Below, in pieces: positions 27,818 to 32,000 of a stretch of DNA of 32,000 nucleotides (position 1 is the stretch's first letter; each line of letters starts with the position of its first letter). The notes under the pieces are model-generated. The model worked only from the letters and a program-made list of their open reading frames with translations, made no database searches and was not told the origin of the DNA. The stretch is taken from NCBI RefSeq assembly GCF_000014265.1, contig NC_008312.1, positions 3,240,001 through 3,272,000 on the forward strand, in the 5' to 3' direction. This DNA is from Trichodesmium erythraeum IMS101 (GTDB lineage Bacteria > Cyanobacteriota > Cyanobacteriia > Cyanobacteriales > Microcoleaceae). A program made the position numbers and the translations under genes.

Positions 27818-28873
27818 ATGAATGCTAGCCAGCTTTTAAGTGCAAATGAACTGTTATTTAGACATTCCCAAGGAGAAAGAAATTTTCAGGGTGCAAACCT
27901 AATTGCCGTTAATTTAAGTGCAGTCAACCTCAATTGTAGCAATCTAAGTAATGCTAATTTTAAAGATTCATACTTAGGTAAAACAAAACTAATTGGATCT
28001 AATTTAAATGGTGCAGATTTTAGTTATGCTAATCTGTCCGAAGCCAAATTTATAGAAGCTAATTTGAGTGCTGCTAACTTTACTAAAACCACACTTATTG
28101 CAACCGATATAAGTGGAGGAATTTTGAGTGGGGCAATTTTCTCAGAAGCTAATTTAACAAGAGCTATTCTCATTGGTACTAGCATGGTTGGAACTTCTTT
28201 ACTAAATTGCTCAATATTAACCAAAGCTAACCTCACAAGAGCTACTCTTTCTCGTGCTATTCTTAGTGGTGCTGACTTAACACAGGCTAACTTGAATCGG
28301 GCAATTATGACTGAAGTGGACCTAAGTGGCACTTTGCTAAATCAGGCAAGTCTAATTCGAGCCTATCTACAACGGGGTAATCTCAATGGTGCAAAACTAA
28401 TCAAGGCAGATTTAACAGAAGCCACTTTAGTACAGGCCAACCTTTGTGCTTCTGATTTAACTGGAGCAGAGTTGCAAGGTGCAAATCTCAGTTATGCTAA
28501 TTTAAGTGGGTCAAATTTGATGGGAGCGAATCTACAGGGAGCAAATCTCAGCAATACTAATCTTAATGGTGTTATTCTCCAACAGGCAGACCTGCAAGCT
28601 GCTGACTTGAGCAAAGCTAGCTTACGAGGTGCTAATTTAAAAGCTGTTAATCTCTCAGGGGCAAATTTATTGAAAGCTGACTTGCGCGATACTAACTTAC
28701 AAAAGGCTAATCTTTATGGCGCTGGTTTATTGTTAGTATCTCTCAAAGGCGCCAACTTAAAAGAAGCCTGTTTATGTAATGCTAACTTAATTGGGTCTAG
28801 TTTAAATCTTTCTAGTCTTCAGGATGTTTGCCTAGAAAAAACAATTATGCCTAATGGTTCAATTCATGAATAG
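27818..28873 (+). CDS. Pentapeptide-repeat protein
   Basis: The 351-aa ORF is almost entirely A(D/N)LXX pentapeptide units (ANLSGANLLKADLRDTNLQKANL...). Confidence 0.9.
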   Translation: MNASQLLSANELLFRHSQGERNFQGANLIAVNLSAVNLNCSNLSNANFKDSYLGKTKLIGSNLNGADFSYANLSEAKFIEANLSAANFTKTTLIATDISGGILSGAIFSEANLTRAILIGTSMVGTSLLNCSILTKANLTRATLSRAILSGADLTQANLNRAIMTEVDLSGTLLNQASLIRAYLQRGNLNGAKLIKADLTEATLVQANLCASDLTGAELQGANLSYANLSGSNLMGANLQGANLSNTNLNGVILQQADLQAADLSKASLRGANLKAVNLSGANLLKADLRDTNLQKANLYGAGLLLVSLKGANLKEACLCNANLIGSSLNLSSLQDVCLEKTIMPNGSIHE

Positions 28874-29628
28874 AGTTAGAGTCCTTTTCAGGGCTAAATA
28901 CGGTCAGTGAGCTTCAAAAGCTAGATTTCAAATAAAGTAGTTCTAATTAATTAGAGTTTGCTAAGTGCGACTTGTTGGGCTAAAAAAGCTAATAAACACT
29001 TCTAGCCCACATCTATAATAATCACCAGAGGTGACATAAGATAATAACTAGCAATTCCTGATAGCTTAAACTCCTCTCCATTCCTTTCTTGCTTAAGGAA
29101 TAATGACTCCCGAGGTCAGGTAATTTTAAGGAGGGCTGATTAATCTCGGTGCATGGCCTTAATATCAGCAAAGGCTAAAGCACTGTAGCCAAAACTGCAA
29201 GATTTCTCACCCCAAATCCAGTGAATATCAATCCTATGAAAATTGTCGTCACCCTAGTTCAGGGTAATTTTCTCAAGCTTCCTAACAAACCATGCCTTTT
29301 TGGTTTGCTTGCTCCTGAGTATTTCAGCATTCCTCACAACACTCTTGGTAAAACCCCCACCCATTTTAGGAGTCCTAGCCTAAGAAGCGAAAAGGATTTT
29401 GGGAACGAAGCCACCTCTTTAGTCCTTCTGTCTTTGGAGGTATGGCAAGGTTACACTAGAAGGCTTAAGAATTAAGGATGTCCCAACAAGCAAAAGCCCA
29501 ACCTCAGAGCTGAAATATGCAAATATGGGAAGGTACTAGAGGCATTAGCCTTAATTGAAACTACTTACAACAGCTAAAACCTAACTATTAGTATGAATGG
29601 CAAGCCTTAAAGGTATATCCATTATCAG

Positions 29629-29702
29629 GAGCAATGAGGGGCGAAACTCTCATGTATGGTGCAGAAGAAAGGAGAGGTAAGGAGGTAAAATCCCCTATTC
29701 AC
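29629..29702 (+). mobile_element. Degenerate group II intron 3' end (domain V/VI relic)
   Basis: gagcaatgaggggcgaaactctcatgtatggtgc (29629-29662) aligns with thyX-intron domain V (GAGC..TGAGG.GAAA.TCTCA.GT..GGT.C) but has a 2-nt deletion and stem-breaking substitutions. It is followed by gaagaaagg... and ends in ..attcac. Confidence 0.45.
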
Positions 29703-29948
29703 TAGATCAAAAGTATTTTTGTGCAGTCAGCTAAAAACTATTGAAATTTTATATTTCCTGTTATCTGTTGCCTATTAGACATCTCCAAAAATACTCAAAC
29801 GCTTATCCTAACTATCTTTAGTGGTGCGATCGCTACTTATGAAGATAGTTAATTTGTACAGTTTTATGGGCATCAGAGATACTTTGTGTTACTAATTCAA
29901 ATATTTATTGTACTTTAATTTATTCTTTTTATCTCAGCTTTTGATGGT

Positions 29949-30473
29949 TTATGCTAATATAAAAGATCGAATTCTTAGTCGCACTAAACCACATATTGTT
30001 AAGATTACTTTTTGATAATTATTATCTTTTAATCTGAATCTTTCTCTAGCAATTCCAAATATTTTAATTAATCTTATTACATGTTCTACAAATATTCTCT
30101 TTCTGGCTTTTTCTTGATTTTCTTCTTTGATTTCTAGCGGCATTTCTTTTTTTCTTGGTTTCTTTTTTGGTGTAGTAGTTCTTTCTACTCCTTCATAAGC
30201 TTTATCTCCTTGAAATTTTTGTTTTTTATCAAATTTATCCTGTTGTTTTCTTAATATTTTTACATCACTTACTGGACCTTTTTCTCCTACTATTACATCT
30301 ACTATTTCTGTTCCTTTTGGTGTCGTTATTATTTGATTTTTAAAAGTATGATTTTTATTTTTTCCTGAGTAATATTTTTCTTGGTCTTTATATTCACTTG
30401 GTCTTTCTCTACTTTGTTCTGTACTATCTACAATTAATTCTAATTCTGTTAATATCTCCTTTACCCATTCCAA
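29949..30473 (-). CDS. IS transposase orfB (DDE catalytic part)
   Basis: 174 aa; LIVDSTEQ..ERP..YYSGKNKNHTFKNQ..GDKAY..RIFVEHVIRLIKIFGIARERFR is the DDE_Tnp_4/IS5-type catalytic core. It overlaps orfA at the A12 tract in a different frame. Confidence 0.8.
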   Translation of the reverse strand: MEWVKEILTELELIVDSTEQSRERPSEYKDQEKYYSGKNKNHTFKNQIITTPKGTEIVDVIVGEKGPVSDVKILRKQQDKFDKKQKFQGDKAYEGVERTTTPKKKPRKKEMPLEIKEENQEKARKRIFVEHVIRLIKIFGIARERFRLKDNNYQKVILTICGLVRLRIRSFILA

Positions 30474-30847
30474 TTCATTTTCTTTTTTTTTTTTACTTGT
30501 TCTAATAAACTTGCTGGCAGTAATTCTCTGAGAATATCTATCCAGTAATGAAAAATATTATTAGCACTTGATTCACTTATACCAAAGTTAATTCCTAATG
30601 TTTGAAAAGTCGGTATTTGATGTAAATAAAATAACGTTAAAATTATTTCTTCCTCCTTTGTTAAATTCTTTTTTCTGACTCCACCTGCTTTAATTAATCT
30701 TTTTTCTGTTTTAGCGATCGCCTTCTTTTTCTCTGATTCTATTATTTGGGCCTTTGCTATTAATTTTATTAGCTGTTCATAAGTAATGCCAATAATTCTT
30801 TTTGTTTCTTTTGGATGGTTATAAATATATTCTAAAGTTGGATTCAT
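30461..30847 (-). CDS. IS transposase orfA (HTH_Tnp_4-like DNA-binding part)
   Basis: 128 aa; ..LTLFYLHQIPTFQTLGINFGISESSANNIFHYWIDILRELLP.. is typical of the helix-turn-helix N-terminus of IS5/Harbinger-type transposases. It ends in KKKKK, encoded by the A12 run (30483-30494). Confidence 0.8.
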   Translation of the reverse strand: MNPTLEYIYNHPKETKRIIGITYEQLIKLIAKAQIIESEKKKAIAKTEKRLIKAGGVRKKNLTKEEEIILTLFYLHQIPTFQTLGINFGISESSANNIFHYWIDILRELLPASLLEQVKKKKKMNWNG

Positions 30848-31269
30848 TTGGGAGACTTTATAAATAAATGGTTTTGATAATTTTACCTTATTTTTTATTT
30901 TGGAGATGTCTATTGCCTTTGATAAAAATTGGATATATCACTTGAATTGAATGCTAAATAGCTTAGGGAGTAATTAGGAACTTTCTATGTAATGTCCCGA
31001 CCTCAAAATGAGAATTATAGAGGAGCTAGTCGGATAAATTTCTTCTTTAACGCCCTCTGTCATAATCAGCCCAAAACATATATCTTTATGTGAGCTTGAA
31101 GAAGTGAAAAGCTGGTGAAGGCGTTAAACCCTGCCCACAAAGGCTAAGGCCTTTAGATTTAAATTCTTTAAGAGTTAATCAGCTAGCCCTAATTACTTAT
31201 ACTTCACAAATTGAAAATTTTGTGATTATAATAAATATATCTTATCAGGTAGAGGTATAACAGCGCAGA

Positions 31270-31686
31270 ATGAAACAATTGGGAACTCATCTAGTAGTTG
31301 ATGCCTGGCATTCTCCCACAGAACTGCTCAACGACACTGAATTTATACGTCAGTCTTTAATGAAAGCAATTTCAGCAGGAGGAGCAACTCTTATAGATTT
31401 ATGTGTTCATCAGTTTAGTCCTCATGGAGTAACAGCAACAGCAACACTAGCAGAATCTCATATTGCCATCCACACATGGCCTGAGTTAGGTTACTTTGCT
31501 GCAGACTTATTCTTTTGTGGTCATGGGAGTCCGCATAAAGCTATAGAGATTCTACAAACGGCTCTTCAAGCTAAACAAATGAAATTGACAGAGATTAAGC
31601 GCGGTTTTGAGCAAGAGATGGCAGTTCAAGATACTGTTACAACACATCATAATGCCAAAACTCTGGCAAAAATCAACTTTAGTTAG
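31270..31686 (+). CDS. speH: S-adenosylmethionine decarboxylase proenzyme (pyruvoyl-dependent, class 1)
   Basis: 138-aa ORF with HLVVDAW and the self-processing site LAE|SHIAIHTWPE (Glu62-Ser63), followed by DLFFCG. Confidence 0.88.
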   Translation: MKQLGTHLVVDAWHSPTELLNDTEFIRQSLMKAISAGGATLIDLCVHQFSPHGVTATATLAESHIAIHTWPELGYFAADLFFCGHGSPHKAIEILQTALQAKQMKLTEIKRGFEQEMAVQDTVTTHHNAKTLAKINFS

Positions 31687-32000
31687 TGTAAAAACAACCA
31701 ACTTAAAGTTAATTTGTCAATAATCCTCTTGGATGAGTTTGAATAAGTTTTGCCGAACAGATTAGATTAGATTCTCAGGAGTATAGTCATATTGAACAGG
31801 AGTATAAGTTGTGAATCTAACCTTTAGTTTTTAGGTATAAGAAGGTTTATAAGCTCTTGAGTATTTAAATCATAAATTCAATTTCTGTCAAAAGCAACAG
31901 ACGACAGGCAACAGGCAAGAGGGAATTAAAAATTGAGATATATGACAGATTAGTAGAAAATGGTTGGTTTTAGTTAATAGTCTCGCGGCTTCGGTCGTGG

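Larger units (their letters stand above)
29774..30914 (-). mobile_element. IS element (IS5/Harbinger-like DDE transposase, two frames joined at an A12 tract)
   Basis: Candidate terminal inverted repeats are attagacatctccaaaa (29774-29790) and the reverse complement of ttttggagatgtctatt (30898-30914), with a 15-bp perfect core. A candidate 4-bp direct repeat GCCT lies at 29770-29773 and 30915-30918. The element encloses orfA and orfB. Confidence 0.7.

Noticed and set aside
28024-28332. 102-aa minus-strand ORF
   Set aside because: It is antisense to the pentapeptide-repeat gene. The periodic repeat keeps the complementary frame open by construction.
29221-29475. 84-aa plus-strand ORF
   Set aside because: It has no motif and no plausible start context, and it lies in a region that looks like retroelement debris. 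The opposite-strand RT-like strings are too weak to annotate as a feature.
31211-31241. Sigma70-type promoter for speH (TTGAAA at 31211-31216, TATAAT at 31227-31232)
   Set aside because: The spacing between the two hexamers is only 10 nt. The alternative -10 (TATATC at 31236) gives 19 nt. This is too ambiguous in AT-rich DNA to call.
6669-31686. Functional linkage of mtnA (methionine salvage) and speH (AdoMet decarboxylase) as one pathway cluster
   Set aside because: The genes are 24 kb apart with many unrelated genes between them. Co-occurrence in the window is not evidence of clustering.
31975-32000. GC-rich end of the window (..tctcgcggcttcggtcgtgg), possibly the 3' end of a minus-strand CDS (..PRPKPRDY*)
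   Set aside because: Only ~8 codons are visible, which is not enough to support a feature.

Overview
This is a low-GC chromosomal segment from a filamentous cyanobacterium, with eight perfect HIP1 octamers (GCGATCGC). The combination of features is most reminiscent of Trichodesmium, but that is inference only. By my hand count only about 59% of the window lies in supportable CDSs. The rest is AT-rich ORF-free DNA, pseudogene debris and selfish elements.

**Housekeeping genes:** mtnA, an HD-domain hydrolase, a thyX-dut-dCMP deaminase module, a CobA-like protein, rph, mrdA (PBP2), an Slt-type lytic transglycosylase, a pentapeptide-repeat protein and speH.

**Main points of interest:**
1. The left 5.8 kb carries three same-strand genes built from death/effector modules.
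   - Two neighbouring proteins share an N-terminal effector-associated (death-like) domain. One of them fuses it to a CHAT protease and a DUF900-type alpha/beta hydrolase.
   - The third is an orthocaspase fused to an FGE-sulfatase/C-type-lectin-fold domain. Its last ~30 codons look like a diversity-generating-retroelement variable region.
2. thyX is interrupted twice within 26 codons. One interruption is an ORF-less group II intron (5' GUGCG, a 7-nt EBS1/IBS1 match, consensus domain V). The other is a 298-aa intein carrying an HNH/NUMOD4-like endonuclease remnant inside the ThyX signature motif.
3. An orphan DGQHR (DndB-like) protein sits alone in an AT-rich decaying island, with no dnd, dpt or pbe partners.
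4. Mobile-element content includes two further dead group II intron fragments (one split by a small palindromic repeat), an IS630-type relic, and an IS5/Harbinger-like IS with an A12 frameshift tract.

All coordinates and motif calls were derived by hand from the sequence. No database search was possible.
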